64,000 nucleotides of DNA from an uncultured Candidatus Saccharibacteria bacterium (GCA_964512835.1 CAZELA010000002.1:28603-92602); one strand, 5' to 3'; shown: positions 44,901 to 53,952, counted from the first letter of the stretch. Program-made: numbers and translations. Notes: generated by a model not told the origin, from the sequence alone.

Positions 44901-46315
44901 TCGCGCGCCTCTTGGTGCAGCGTGTCGTGTGCAGCTCCGAGACGAACTGTGTTTCGGATCCGGCGATCAACGGCGGAACAGTGACGGTGAAGGTAACGAA
45001 CATCAATACGCCTCCTCCGCAGTCATGTGCAGATATTACACATACGCTCGGCAGCGAAGATAAGGACGCGACTACCGGCGGTGATGTATCGCGACTGCAG
45101 CAGTTCCTGGCCGCGAACCCCGCGTTCTATCCTGAGGGATTGGTGACGGGCTTCTTCGGCACAGCGACATCAAAAGCGGTCGGACGATACCAGGCAGCCA
45201 ACGGCATTAGCCAGACAGGCACTGTCGGTCCGGTCACGCTTGCCGCAATGCAGTGTAAGAAGACACCTACGAACGACGGTCCGCTTGTTGCCACGCCGTC
45301 AGACGGTACGGCACCACTCTCCGTCCGCTTCACCACCAATAAGGCCGTAGCTACCGGAAGCTACCGCATCAACTTCGGCGACGGTCAGTCACAGTGGCTT
45401 ACCGCATCATCCGTAACGCATATCTATCCGGCAGCCGGTTCGTACACTGCAGAATTGGTGCAGTCGATCGGTAACTGCTTCGGTCTGCCGCAGGATGCGC
45501 TCGAAATCTGCGAGATCGGGTATGCGACGGTGATCGCAACAAAGACCATTACCGTGGCGCAGCAGGCAACACTGTCCGTCTATGTGGCACCCGCAAGCCT
45601 GGCCAACGGTGCAAATCTGGCAGTCACATGGTCTACGACGAATGCGCCGGCAAATTCCAAAGTCCGTCTCGAGGTGTACCGTGATGGTGCGACCGAGGCG
45701 ACAAGCAATAACGACCAGGGTATCGCGGCAGACGCATCCGCGCTCGGCGTGAACGGTACGTACAACTGGACGACACCGTCTGCAACCCGACCGATCGTTG
45801 CCGACGCGGGTCACGGAGGATTTGCGCTCTCACCGGGTACCTACCACATTACTGCGCGTCTCTACACGGGAGACACATGCTGGGGCTACTGTGCGACGGT
45901 GCCGACACGCACGGTCAATGCGATTGCAAAATCGACGAGCTTCACGGTCACTCAGGGAACCGGAGGCACCGGGAGTACCGGTGGCGGAGCGGTCGCGGGA
46001 CAGGTGAAGTGTGACAACAATACCGAGGCGTGGGACGAAAAGATTGTGCTTACATTCCAGAATGCTGCAACTGCGGAGTACAAGTTCCCGATCGGGAATC
46101 CGCACCAGACCATCCAGGCAGACTTCCCGGCGGCCCCGATTTCGGGAACAACCTACCACGGCGTCGCGAACTTCCTCGACTGGCAGCCGAACACGCAGCG
46201 CATCGCAGGTCAGACATCGAAAAGTCTGACCATCCAGTCGCAAAATACTGCGACCGGATTGATGGCAGGGTATCTCCAGTACAACGACTTCACGTGTGTT
46301 GTGACCTGGAACTAA
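41957..46315 (+). CDS. Giant (1453 aa) secreted cell-surface protein with three peptidoglycan-binding domains and at least six PKD-like repeats
   Basis: Signal peptide MRNLYKTIAVIALLLSPTVVTAQT. Its N-terminal module is homologous to the preceding gene. PKD signature (V/L/I)xFGDGT occurs six times. Three PG-binding-like segments (LQNFLIAEGLL, LQKFLAEDSEIYPEG, LQQFLAANPAFYPEG). Confidence 0.65.
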   Translation: MRNLYKTIAVIALLLSPTVVTAQTVDVSALLAQIKALQAQIATAAGGSTNAPATTPSQGSGGNCVQLDTNLQKGDSGDDVKDLQNFLIAEGLLDSNATGFFGTLSETAVKEWQGSHGITPLGIVGPATRAAMANCGGISNSSSGPTIVSNQCPVIQKPANCENAVSVQLNGCTVGWQCSVAQLPVETFSATPTTGPVPLVVRFSGVVTSADAGFCKGNFCAATLVFGDGTTGAVPLPNTEGASVTYQVNHTYQTGGNYVANLYQGAAGSGAPLVGNGITITPIAKPVVVPTGPAISVTPNFGNAPLPVTINVTGVTSALNLSVEFGDGTFSSVQPMGSSFGVTHTYTGSGSFTAKLRRTNGTGDTCVSAQCPILSSAAVSVTGGQAASASLVANPAIGLAPLPVTFFLNGASASYPGGVILDFGDGTTEMVCLANALCAQKTTTHTYATAGTFNVQLVAQSAGGTTILKTATVTASSQQATALTVSPASGPAPLDVTFTAHGGNQLYVNGVILKYGDGTSETFCNPNELCGQKTKTHKYTDGSQFSAQLIGLNAGSASTTIGTASVNVTGGPSKIKVTGPTGVIRKGESASISWQILGTKPNSGTISFDLYTQAGTRVGTILAITNYSSGSATWKVPSSADKNCSATQPNGLCGVLLQPGMYRITASASNMSTNPEISSEATFEIKDEIVQPGGFTISITPSSGEPGKPMSIKYRVANPPANSGVALWMVRPDGSNAALISGRLEADKEQSTFPWEAGATQNCVAALFNPNIVCNQSLAPIATGTFHILGKVYAPFDGKYIDDSAVTIHAVATSTAFTIKTPGTGSSCVVLTSNLGPGDTDATTGGDVSVLQKFLAEDSEIYPEGIVNGVYGNATRRAVERLQASKGIVSSGSPETNGYGAVGPSTRAAIAASCTSNASYLFTATPLTGRQPLQVTFSAKIPTTADTYYNVDFGDGTSGPLDQTVGSNKTAKHTYTTTGTYIARLLVQRVVCSSETNCVSDPAINGGTVTVKVTNINTPPPQSCADITHTLGSEDKDATTGGDVSRLQQFLAANPAFYPEGLVTGFFGTATSKAVGRYQAANGISQTGTVGPVTLAAMQCKKTPTNDGPLVATPSDGTAPLSVRFTTNKAVATGSYRINFGDGQSQWLTASSVTHIYPAAGSYTAELVQSIGNCFGLPQDALEICEIGYATVIATKTITVAQQATLSVYVAPASLANGANLAVTWSTTNAPANSKVRLEVYRDGATEATSNNDQGIAADASALGVNGTYNWTTPSATRPIVADAGHGGFALSPGTYHITARLYTGDTCWGYCATVPTRTVNAIAKSTSFTVTQGTGGTGSTGGGAVAGQVKCDNNTEAWDEKIVLTFQNAATAEYKFPIGNPHQTIQADFPAAPISGTTYHGVANFLDWQPNTQRIAGQTSKSLTIQSQNTATGLMAGYLQYNDFTCVVTWN

Positions 46316-46327
46316 ACTGCTGACACA

Positions 46328-48490
46328 TCACTCTGAATGATGGAGTGCAGAAGCGCTCGCCACACGATCGGCGAGCGCTTTGTGTTTGGAGAGTGTCGGG
46401 TCGCCCGCAACGATCGCGACCGCCTCTTCGCGGGCGGCCTGAATAAGCTTCACGTTCTTCAGCGCCTCCATACCGAGATCCGACACACCCCATTGTTTGC
46501 GACCGAAGAGGTCTCCCGCGCCGCGAGTTGCCAAGTCGCTTTCTGCTAGTTTGAAACCGTCGGACGACTGTTCGAGTGCTTTGAGGCGCTTGATCGATGC
46601 TTCGCTCTTGCTCTCCGGCAGAAGAAAGCAGAACGGGGGATGGGACGAGCGCATCACGCGACCCCGGAGCTGATGCAATTGCGCGAGACCGAACCGCTCC
46701 GCTCCTTCGATGAGGATAACGGTCGCATTCGGCACATTTACGCCCACCTCGACGACCGATGTCGCAACGAGAATATCGATGTCTCCGTCGGTGAATTCCT
46801 TCATCACCGCGTCTTTCTCGGCGGGCTTCATTGCGCCATGCAACAGACCGACTGTGTATTCGGGAAAAATATCGCTCTGCAAACGCTTCGCCTCGGCTTT
46901 TGCAGATTTGGCCATGAGCGCGTTCTCTTTTTCAGGATCCGGCTCATCGATACGCGGGCAGATCACGTACGCTTGGCGACCCTTGGCGAGTTCTTCGTCG
47001 ATCGACTTGTACGCGATATTTCGTTCCGTGTTCTTCAGGAGCTTCGTGGTGATCTTGGCACGGCCGGGCGGGAGCTCGTCGAGAACGGAGAGATCAAGGT
47101 CGCCGTACATGGTAAGAGCGAGCGTGCGGGGGATAGGAGTGGCGGTCATTGAAAGGAAGTGCGGTGCCGCGTCACCCTTGTGGGCAAGCGCGCGGCGCTG
47201 AGCCGTCCCGAACCGGTGCTGTTCGTCGACGATCGCGAGTGCGAGGTGTTGAAACTTTACTGATTTTTGAATAAGTGCGTGAGTGCCCACCACCATAGCG
47301 ATTTCACCGCTCGCGACCCATTTCAAAAGCTGCGCTCGGGATATATCCGTCGGCTGTCCGCGTTTCACTTTTGAAGGAAATTTCTTGCAGCCGGAACCGG
47401 TGATGAGTCCGATGTTGATCGGAAGATCCTTGAAGTACTCGACGAAGGTTTGAAAGTGTTGCTGTGCCAAGATTTCCGTCGGTGCCATATAGGCGACCTG
47501 CAAGGTACCCGAAAGGCGGTTCGGCGGGCGCGAAGTGACAACGGTATATGCTGCGACGGCTGCAACCATGGTCTTGCCGGCGCCGACATCTCCCTCGAGC
47601 AATCGTGCCATCGGGTGCGAGCCGTCGAAATCATTGAGAATCTCTTTGATCGCCCGCGCCTGAGCACCGGTAGGCGGGTACGGCGCCCCCGCAAGAAATC
47701 GTGCGGACAATGCGGCGCTGTCCTTGATGGGAAACGAGGATTGCGCATCATTTACAGCACGTTCCTGTGCGCGGACAATCTGCAGTGCAAATATTTCTTC
47801 GAAGGCAAAGCGTTTACGGGCGGCTTCGGCGTGCGGTTCCTTCTCGGGAGAGTGGATCCACACAAGGGCGGTCTGGATATCCGGCAGGTTATAGCGCTTT
47901 CGAACGAAATCGGGAATCGGGTCAACGAGCGCATCGAGGACGCCGTGGGACAGCGCACGTTCGATTGCGTGGCGAAACCAGAGCGACGTGATGCCGCGAC
48001 TCTCCGGATACACTGCGAAGATTGCGGGAGCAGACACAGTGTTGTCGTCCTCGGCTTGGAACAAGCCCTCGGGCATCGCACCGGGCGGCAGGATCTCGAC
48101 CTCGGGATTTGCTATGTACGGCTTGCCTGAAGCACCGGTGACGGTGCCGGAGAGTTTAACCATGCTTCCCTCGGGAATGTACGATTTTATATACGGTTGG
48201 TTGAACCACATGAGGGATACTTTGCCGGACGCGTCCTCGAACGTGCCGACTGTCGCGTTTCGACGGCTCTTCCACAGCTTTTTTGCCTTGAGTCCGGTCA
48301 CGGTGCCGAAGAGCGTAACTTTTGTCCCCGCGATGACGTCTCGGGCGCGTGCTGAGGTTCCCGCGTGCTCATATCGGGCGGGGAAGTGACGCAGGAGCTG
48401 TTCGACGGTTCGGATTCCGAGTCGTTTGAGGGCGGAGAGTTGAACCGGCGTGAGTCGGAAGTGCGATGTGATCGCGTCGGTCGGATTCAT
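46328..48490 (-). CDS. recG: ATP-dependent DNA helicase RecG
   Basis: N-terminal wedge domain, helicase motifs GDVGAGKT, DEQHRFG, QLHQLRGRVMRS. 720 aa. Confidence 0.9.
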   Translation of the reverse strand: MNPTDAITSHFRLTPVQLSALKRLGIRTVEQLLRHFPARYEHAGTSARARDVIAGTKVTLFGTVTGLKAKKLWKSRRNATVGTFEDASGKVSLMWFNQPYIKSYIPEGSMVKLSGTVTGASGKPYIANPEVEILPPGAMPEGLFQAEDDNTVSAPAIFAVYPESRGITSLWFRHAIERALSHGVLDALVDPIPDFVRKRYNLPDIQTALVWIHSPEKEPHAEAARKRFAFEEIFALQIVRAQERAVNDAQSSFPIKDSAALSARFLAGAPYPPTGAQARAIKEILNDFDGSHPMARLLEGDVGAGKTMVAAVAAYTVVTSRPPNRLSGTLQVAYMAPTEILAQQHFQTFVEYFKDLPINIGLITGSGCKKFPSKVKRGQPTDISRAQLLKWVASGEIAMVVGTHALIQKSVKFQHLALAIVDEQHRFGTAQRRALAHKGDAAPHFLSMTATPIPRTLALTMYGDLDLSVLDELPPGRAKITTKLLKNTERNIAYKSIDEELAKGRQAYVICPRIDEPDPEKENALMAKSAKAEAKRLQSDIFPEYTVGLLHGAMKPAEKDAVMKEFTDGDIDILVATSVVEVGVNVPNATVILIEGAERFGLAQLHQLRGRVMRSSHPPFCFLLPESKSEASIKRLKALEQSSDGFKLAESDLATRGAGDLFGRKQWGVSDLGMEALKNVKLIQAAREEAVAIVAGDPTLSKHKALADRVASASALHHSE

Positions 48491-48602
48491 AGCCAGATGA
48501 TACTAGGCTTTCGGTTATACACACGTATCGCGCCCCGAGCTTGAAAACGGAAAAAGCGCAGGTAAGATGGGGCTGTTTATAAGTCACATTTGTACATTTG
48601 GA

Positions 48603-48764
48603 TATGGACGAGGAGCGTGAAGAAGATAAGGACACCGATGCCGACGTGAGTGACGAAAGCCTCGACGGGATCCTCGACGAAGAGCTCGATGAAGACGAAG
48701 AGAGCGACGAAGAGATGACCGACGAATTCGGCAACCCCAAGGACGACGAAAAGACCTGGGAATA
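48603..48764 (+). CDS. Possible small highly acidic protein (53 aa)
   Basis: ATG-initiated frame MDEEREEDKDTDADVSDESLDGILDEELDEDEESDEEMTDEFGNP... It is not in the ORF track because it is under 60 aa. Confidence 0.2.
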
Positions 48765-48834
48765 GTCCCGGATCGAACAAGTGAGCCGCGGCACCGCGGC
48801 TTTTTTGTTGCGCCGTGTGTGGCATACTTTAGGT

Positions 48835-49170
48835 ATGCATATGATTCTGCGTTTTCTCGGAACTGCTGCCGCCGTCTACCTGACGGTCAATATTGTGCAG
48901 GGCGTCACGATCTCGGGCGGCTGGGTAACAACGCTTTTGGTGGCGCTCGTGTGGAGTGTTATCACGATGGTTATCCGACCGGTGCTGCAGCTGCTTACGC
49001 TGCCGATTACGATCGTAACGCTCGGGCTGTTCTCGTTCATTCTCAACGCAGTGTTGTTCTGGGCGATGACACTCATTGTCCCGCAGTTTGAGGTTGCCGG
49101 ATTTTTCCCGGCACTCCTCGGAGCGATCGTATTGTCGATCCTCACGTGGCTCATCCAAAAAGTGTTTTAG
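48835..49170 (+). CDS. DUF360 / phage-holin-4-like small membrane protein
   Basis: Start trimmed to MHMILRFLGTAAAVYLTVNIVQGV. Four transmembrane segments. Confidence 0.5.
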   Translation: MHMILRFLGTAAAVYLTVNIVQGVTISGGWVTTLLVALVWSVITMVIRPVLQLLTLPITIVTLGLFSFILNAVLFWAMTLIVPQFEVAGFFPALLGAIVLSILTWLIQKVF

Positions 49171-49173
49171 CAC

Positions 49174-49560
49174 TTACGAAAGAATGCGTTCGACCTCGGC
49201 AACGAGCTGCGAGGGAAGGTGATCCGATTTGAGCAGGTACGCATCCGCCCCGAGTTCGGCAACGCGTGTAATGACCCCGTCGGCACCTGCATTCGTGAGC
49301 GCGATCATTCGTGCGCCCGGGGCAAGGTGTTCCTGTTTGATGGTCTCGAGGAACTCGAAGCCGCTCTTGCCGTCGGGCATGGTTATGTCAAACAGGATCG
49401 CGTCGGGTCTGATACCGCTTCGAAGTGCCGTAAGCGCGGTGTCGGCATCGCGGCATGTCACAACAACAAAGCCTGCCTGTTCGAAGGCGAGGCGGTACAT
49501 ATCGAGCAGGAACCGTTCGTCGTCGAGCATGAGAACCGTCTTTTTGGTCGGGGAATCCAT
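49174..49560 (-). CDS. Single-domain response regulator (CheY-like receiver)
   Basis: LMLDDE...D(phospho-acceptor)...T...K spacing. Paralog of the genes at 50065 and 62574. Confidence 0.75.
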   Translation of the reverse strand: MDSPTKKTVLMLDDERFLLDMYRLAFEQAGFVVVTCRDADTALTALRSGIRPDAILFDITMPDGKSGFEFLETIKQEHLAPGARMIALTNAGADGVITRVAELGADAYLLKSDHLPSQLVAEVERILS

Positions 49561-49648
49561 ATAGAAACGATACCCTGCAAATGAGGGCCTGGGGAGTATG
49601 ACGTGATTCCGCACGGTGGACATGGTAAGGTAGAGCGCGTACCAAAAC

Positions 49649-49735
49649 GGAGAGGTGCCAGAGCGGTCGAATGGAGCACACTGCTAATGTGTTGAGCGGG
49701 AAACCGTTCCGAGGGTTCGAATCCCTCCCTCTCCG
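49649..49735 (+). tRNA. tRNA-Ser (anticodon GCU), long variable arm, no encoded CCA
   Basis: GGAGAGG acceptor, 3-bp D-stem, anticodon loop CTGCTAA, variable arm TGAGCGGGAAACCGTTCC, T-arm GAGGGTTCGAATCCCTC. Confidence 0.8.
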
Positions 49736-49747
49736 CAATTACAAAAA

Positions 49748-49774
49748 CGCGCCCGCTAGGGCGCTTTTTTGTTT
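49748..49774 (+). terminator. Intrinsic terminator after tRNA-Ser
   Basis: gcgcccgctagggcgctttttt. Confidence 0.6.
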
Positions 49775-49775
49775 G

Positions 49776-50070
49776 CGGAGAGGAGGAGAGTGCGGGGCAC
49801 TCTCCGTGAGGGATTCGAAAGGTTTTGCGCGGGGCCCGTTAGTAAACGGGCTCGCAAAACCAGGCCCGAGAAACTTCTTGAGCGGCGGCGAAAGAAGTGT
49901 TCTTGGGCGCATCCCTCCCTCTGATTCGCAGGCGAGCGTTCCCGTGACCACGCGGGGATGGGCGAGCGTGGTCAGGAGGAGAAAAAGTGTGGCGACACTT
50001 TTTTGAGCGCTTGACCGAATCCCTCCCTCCGTACGGCGAAAGAAATGTTCTTGGGCGAATCCCTCTATTT
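49776..50070. repeat. Cluster of degenerate partial copies of the tRNA-Ser 5' and 3' ends, plus a 39-bp direct repeat. Interpreted as putative att-site or integration scars.
   Basis: ggagagg...gagggattcgaaagg (49780..49825). catccctccctctgattcg (49917..49935). cgaatccctccctccgtacgg (50008..50028). ggcgaaagaa(g/a)tgttcttgggcg(c/a)atccctc occurs twice (49887..49925 and 50033..50068). Confidence 0.6.
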
Positions 50071-50457
50071 CTTCCCCTCAATCAGACCTTTCACCGCTTC
50101 CACAAGGTCGGTGGGCGAGAGCTGCGACTTCACGAAGTGGCCGGTGGCTCCCAGATCCATTACTCGCCGGGTGTCTTCCTCTTTTGATTCGTTGGTGAGT
50201 GCCACCATGATCGACCTCGGAGCAAGCGCTTCTCTTTTTACGGTCTCGATGAACTCGAACCCGCTTATGTCGCCCATGTTTATATCAAACAATATGATGT
50301 CGGGCGTCGCGCCGCCTTTCAATGCTGCAATCGCGCTCGTCGGAGACGTAAATGACTGCGTTTGATATCCGGCATCTTGTAATCCTTTCTCGTACAGGTC
50401 GAGCAGTAGCCGCTCGTCATCGAGCAGCATTACGGAAACAGGTTTGAGATCGTTCAT
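50065..50457 (-). CDS. Single-domain response regulator (CheY-like)
   Basis: MNDLKPVSVMLLDDE..., paralog of the gene at 49174..49560. Confidence 0.75.
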   Translation of the reverse strand: MNDLKPVSVMLLDDERLLLDLYEKGLQDAGYQTQSFTSPTSAIAALKGGATPDIILFDINMGDISGFEFIETVKREALAPRSIMVALTNESKEEDTRRVMDLGATGHFVKSQLSPTDLVEAVKGLIEGKK

Positions 50458-50486
50458 ACGTTATGATGATGTCATAGTACGCCGAA

Positions 50487-51407
50487 ATGTGGCAATTGCG
50501 AGTGATAAACTTGAACAAAATGAAACCGGCCCCATTCGTTGCTTCAGTAGTGCTCCTCGTTGCCGGGGTCGTCATGTACCTACTCACGCGCGGCGCCGAT
50601 ATCCCTGTCTTACATCCGTCGGGTCCGATAGCCCTCGCGGAGTATCGCGTGATCCTTGTTACATTCCTCCTTTCCGCGCTCATCATCGTGCCCGTTTTCT
50701 TTTTGCTGTTCTTTTTTTCGTGGCGATATCGGGCCCAAGGTCCGGATACACAGAAACATCATCATCCGACCTGGGATCATGAGAACGCAGCCGTCGAATT
50801 TCTCTGGTGGCTTATACCGGCAGGGATCATCGGCGTCCTGTCGGTCGTCGCATGGCAGAGTTCGCATGCGCTTGATCCATATGTGCGTATACCGGGGGAA
50901 CGCACAGTCGAGGTGCAGGTCGTGGCTCTGCAGTGGAAGTGGTTGTTCATATATCCCGAACTCGGTCTCGCATCGGTCAATGAGCTTGTTATTCCGGTAG
51001 GAACGCCGGTTCATTTTTCGCTCACCGGGGATGCGCCGATCAATTCTTTTTGGATACCCAGTCTCGGCGGACAGATCATGGTCATGCAGGGTATGCAGAC
51101 GCAGCTGAACCTGCTTGCTTCAGAGGCGGGCACGTTCGAGGGGTGGTCGGGTAATCTCTCCGGCAGGGGATTTTCAAAGATGATGTTCAAGGTGCGAGCG
51201 CTTCCGACGGATCAATACGAATCCTGGGTTGAGCGGGCGCAGCACGACACGACCACTCCGCTGAACGCGGAAAACTACGTGTCGCTTTCCGCGCCGACTG
51301 AGGGACATTCCGTTACGTATTATTATCCGGTGGATCCTGACTTGTATACTTCGATCCATACCAAATACATGAGCGCGCCGGTCGCTGAGCATAGTCATTC
51401 GATATGA
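50487..51407 (+). CDS. cyoA: Quinol oxidase subunit II (CyoA-like; the CuA ligand Cys residues are absent)
   Basis: Signal or transmembrane N-terminus. The region ELVIPVGTPVHFSLTGDAPINSFWIPSLGGQIMVMQGMQTQLNL resembles the E. coli CyoA core. No CxExC CuA motif. Start may be the Met at 50520. Confidence 0.75.
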   Translation: MWQLRVINLNKMKPAPFVASVVLLVAGVVMYLLTRGADIPVLHPSGPIALAEYRVILVTFLLSALIIVPVFFLLFFFSWRYRAQGPDTQKHHHPTWDHENAAVEFLWWLIPAGIIGVLSVVAWQSSHALDPYVRIPGERTVEVQVVALQWKWLFIYPELGLASVNELVIPVGTPVHFSLTGDAPINSFWIPSLGGQIMVMQGMQTQLNLLASEAGTFEGWSGNLSGRGFSKMMFKVRALPTDQYESWVERAQHDTTTPLNAENYVSLSAPTEGHSVTYYYPVDPDLYTSIHTKYMSAPVAEHSHSI

Positions 51408-53371
51408 GCCTGCAGTCCATTCTCTTCGGAAAGCTTTCTCTCGACGTGTTCCCGCACGATATTGTCGCGATCGGCGGGGTCGTATTCATGCTCACGTGTT
51501 CGCTCATCGTTCTCGCGCTGATATCCCGTGGTCACCTGTGGGCATATCTCTGGAAGGAATGGCTCACATCGCTCGATGCAAAGAAGATCGGCATGATGTA
51601 CATCGCAGTGTCCCTTGTCATGTTGGTGCGAGGGCTTGCCGACGTACTGCTTATGCGTACGCAGCAGGCGCTCTCCGTCGGCGCGTCCAACGGCATACTC
51701 GACCCGTCGCATTTCCAGCAGGTATTCACGGCGCACGGCACGATCATGATCTTCTTCGTGGCGATGGGTGTGATGTTCGGTCTCATAAACCTCATCGTGC
51801 CGCTCCAGATCGGCGCCCGTGACGTCGCGTTTCCGTTCCTGAACTCCGTCAGCTTCTGGCTATTCGCGTTCGGGGCACTCCTGGTGAATGTGTCGCTTGT
51901 CCTCGGCGATTTTTCCACCGCGGGCTGGCTTGCATATCCGCCGCTGTCCGGGATTGAGTTTAGTCCGAACTCCGGCGTCGACTACTGGATATGGAGCCTT
52001 CAGATAAGCGGATTGGGTAGTCTGCTCTCAGGTGTCAATTTCATCACAACAATCGTCACAAAGCGCGCGACCGGTATGACGTACATGCGGCTGCCTATGT
52101 TTGTATGGACGGTCTTGGGCTCAATGGTTCTTGTTGTGGTCGTGTTTCCGATTCTCACGGTCACGCTTTCGCTCCTGAGTCTCGATCGCACACTGGGAAT
52201 GCACTTTTTCACTGCGGAGCTTGGCGGCAACATGATGATGTATGTGAATCTGATATGGGCGTGGGGACATCCCGAGGTGTACATTTTGATCCTGCCTGCG
52301 TTCGGAATCTTCTCGGAAATCGTGCCGGTGTTCTCCGGCAAAAAACTCGCCGGATACCGTTCGATGGTGTTTTCTGTGATCGCGATCGGATTTTTGTCGT
52401 TCCTCGTCTGGCTACATCACTTTTTCACCATGGGTGCGGGTGCGAACGTTAATGCATTCTTCGGGATCATGACTGCGGTTATTGCAGTGCCGACCGGGGT
52501 AAAAATATTCAACTGGATCTTCACGATGTATCGCGGCCGCATTCGGCTTGTGAATGCGATGCAATGGTTCATGGGATTCACGGTGCTTTTCACGATCGGG
52601 GGAGTGACGGGTGTTGTGCTGTCACAGCCGCCTGCTGATTTTCAGTTGCACAACACGCTGTTCCTCGTCGCACACTTTCACAACATGATCGTCAGTGGTG
52701 TGTTGTTCGGATACTTTGCGGGGATCACGTTCTGGTTCCCGAAATTCTTCGGTTTCAGACTCAACGAGCGTATCGGCTCGTGGGCCATCTGGTCGTGGAT
52801 CGTTGGGTTCGTGCTTGCGTTCATGCCGCTCTACATTCTCGGGTTCATGGGCGCGACACGTCGCCTCGACCATTACGATGCCTCGCTCGGTTGGCAGGGA
52901 TTGTTCATTGTGGCGGGTGTGGGTGCGCTCATTATTGCGCTCGGATTCGTATTGCAGCTCGTGCAGCTGTGGGTGAGCGTGCGTGACCGCCGCACGACGC
53001 GTGATACAACAGGTGATCCGTGGGATGGCCGGTCGCTCGAGTGGAGCACTGTCTCTCCGCCGCCCGTGTACAACTTTGCGGTGCTGCCGGTTGTTCATGC
53101 GCGTGATCAGTTTTGGGTAACCAAAGAAGGGGGTGTGCGGCAGGAGCAGCACTACACCGATATCATCATGCCCAAGAACTCCGCACTCGGTATCGGGATC
53201 GCTGCCTGTGCGTTCCTGTTCGGTTTCGGCGTGGTCTGGCACATCGTGTGGATGATCTCGCTCGGCGTCCTCGCCGGTATCGCACTGTTTACGCATCGCA
53301 TGTACCTCGAAGAGAGCGATACGGAATATGTCATCCCCGCAGAAACAGTGCGTCGCATGGAAACACTATGA
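51404..53371 (+). CDS. cyoB: Heme-copper quinol oxidase subunit I
   Basis: WAWGHPEVYILILPAFGIFSEIV and conserved His ligands. 655 aa, overlaps cyoA by 4 bp. Confidence 0.9.
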   Translation: MSLQSILFGKLSLDVFPHDIVAIGGVVFMLTCSLIVLALISRGHLWAYLWKEWLTSLDAKKIGMMYIAVSLVMLVRGLADVLLMRTQQALSVGASNGILDPSHFQQVFTAHGTIMIFFVAMGVMFGLINLIVPLQIGARDVAFPFLNSVSFWLFAFGALLVNVSLVLGDFSTAGWLAYPPLSGIEFSPNSGVDYWIWSLQISGLGSLLSGVNFITTIVTKRATGMTYMRLPMFVWTVLGSMVLVVVVFPILTVTLSLLSLDRTLGMHFFTAELGGNMMMYVNLIWAWGHPEVYILILPAFGIFSEIVPVFSGKKLAGYRSMVFSVIAIGFLSFLVWLHHFFTMGAGANVNAFFGIMTAVIAVPTGVKIFNWIFTMYRGRIRLVNAMQWFMGFTVLFTIGGVTGVVLSQPPADFQLHNTLFLVAHFHNMIVSGVLFGYFAGITFWFPKFFGFRLNERIGSWAIWSWIVGFVLAFMPLYILGFMGATRRLDHYDASLGWQGLFIVAGVGALIIALGFVLQLVQLWVSVRDRRTTRDTTGDPWDGRSLEWSTVSPPPVYNFAVLPVVHARDQFWVTKEGGVRQEQHYTDIIMPKNSALGIGIAACAFLFGFGVVWHIVWMISLGVLAGIALFTHRMYLEESDTEYVIPAETVRRMETL

Positions 53372-53952
53372 GTACGACACCGGTGCACACGGACGGACAC
53401 GAGGATCGTACGAGTTTGTACGGATTCTGGATATACCTGATGACGGATTTCATGCTGTTTGCAGCACTATTTTCCGTATTCATTGTGCTGCGGGGCAACA
53501 TTTTTGCATCCGGTCCTGGTGTGTTCTTTGATCTGCGGTCAGTGCTAGCTGAAACGCTCATACTCCTCACGAGTTCGTTCACATGCGGTCTGTTCTTATT
53601 GAGTGCTCGGGCAGGGCACGACCGTGCGGTCCTTACATGGATGTACATCACGGTTCTTCTCGGCGCGGCGTTCTTGTGTATCGAGATCGCCGAGTTCCGC
53701 GACCTCATCAATGCGGGCATGGGTCCGCAGTCGAGCGGGTTTTTCTCCGCGTTCTTTACGTTGGTCGGGACCCACGGTCTGCATATTCTCGCCGGTCTCA
53801 TTTGGATGGTGTCGCTCGCGGCAGCGATCGTACAGCGCGGACTCACGCCATCGAACATGCGTAAGCTTGTTCTGTTGAGTATGTTCTGGCACTTCCTTGA
53901 TATCGTCTGGATATTCATTTTCACTATCGTGTATCTCATCGCGATCGTATGA
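53368..53952 (+). CDS. cyoC: Quinol oxidase subunit III
   Basis: Start MSTTPVHTDGHEDRTSLYGFWIYLMTDFMLFAALF. Five transmembrane helices. ATGA overlap with cyoB. Confidence 0.8.
   Translation: MSTTPVHTDGHEDRTSLYGFWIYLMTDFMLFAALFSVFIVLRGNIFASGPGVFFDLRSVLAETLILLTSSFTCGLFLLSARAGHDRAVLTWMYITVLLGAAFLCIEIAEFRDLINAGMGPQSSGFFSAFFTLVGTHGLHILAGLIWMVSLAAAIVQRGLTPSNMRKLVLLSMFWHFLDIVWIFIFTIVYLIAIV

Noticed and set aside
49776-50070. CRISPR array
   Set aside because: The repeats are irregular in length and spacing and derive from tRNA-Ser sequence. No cas genes and no other regularly spaced repeat arrays were seen anywhere in the window.
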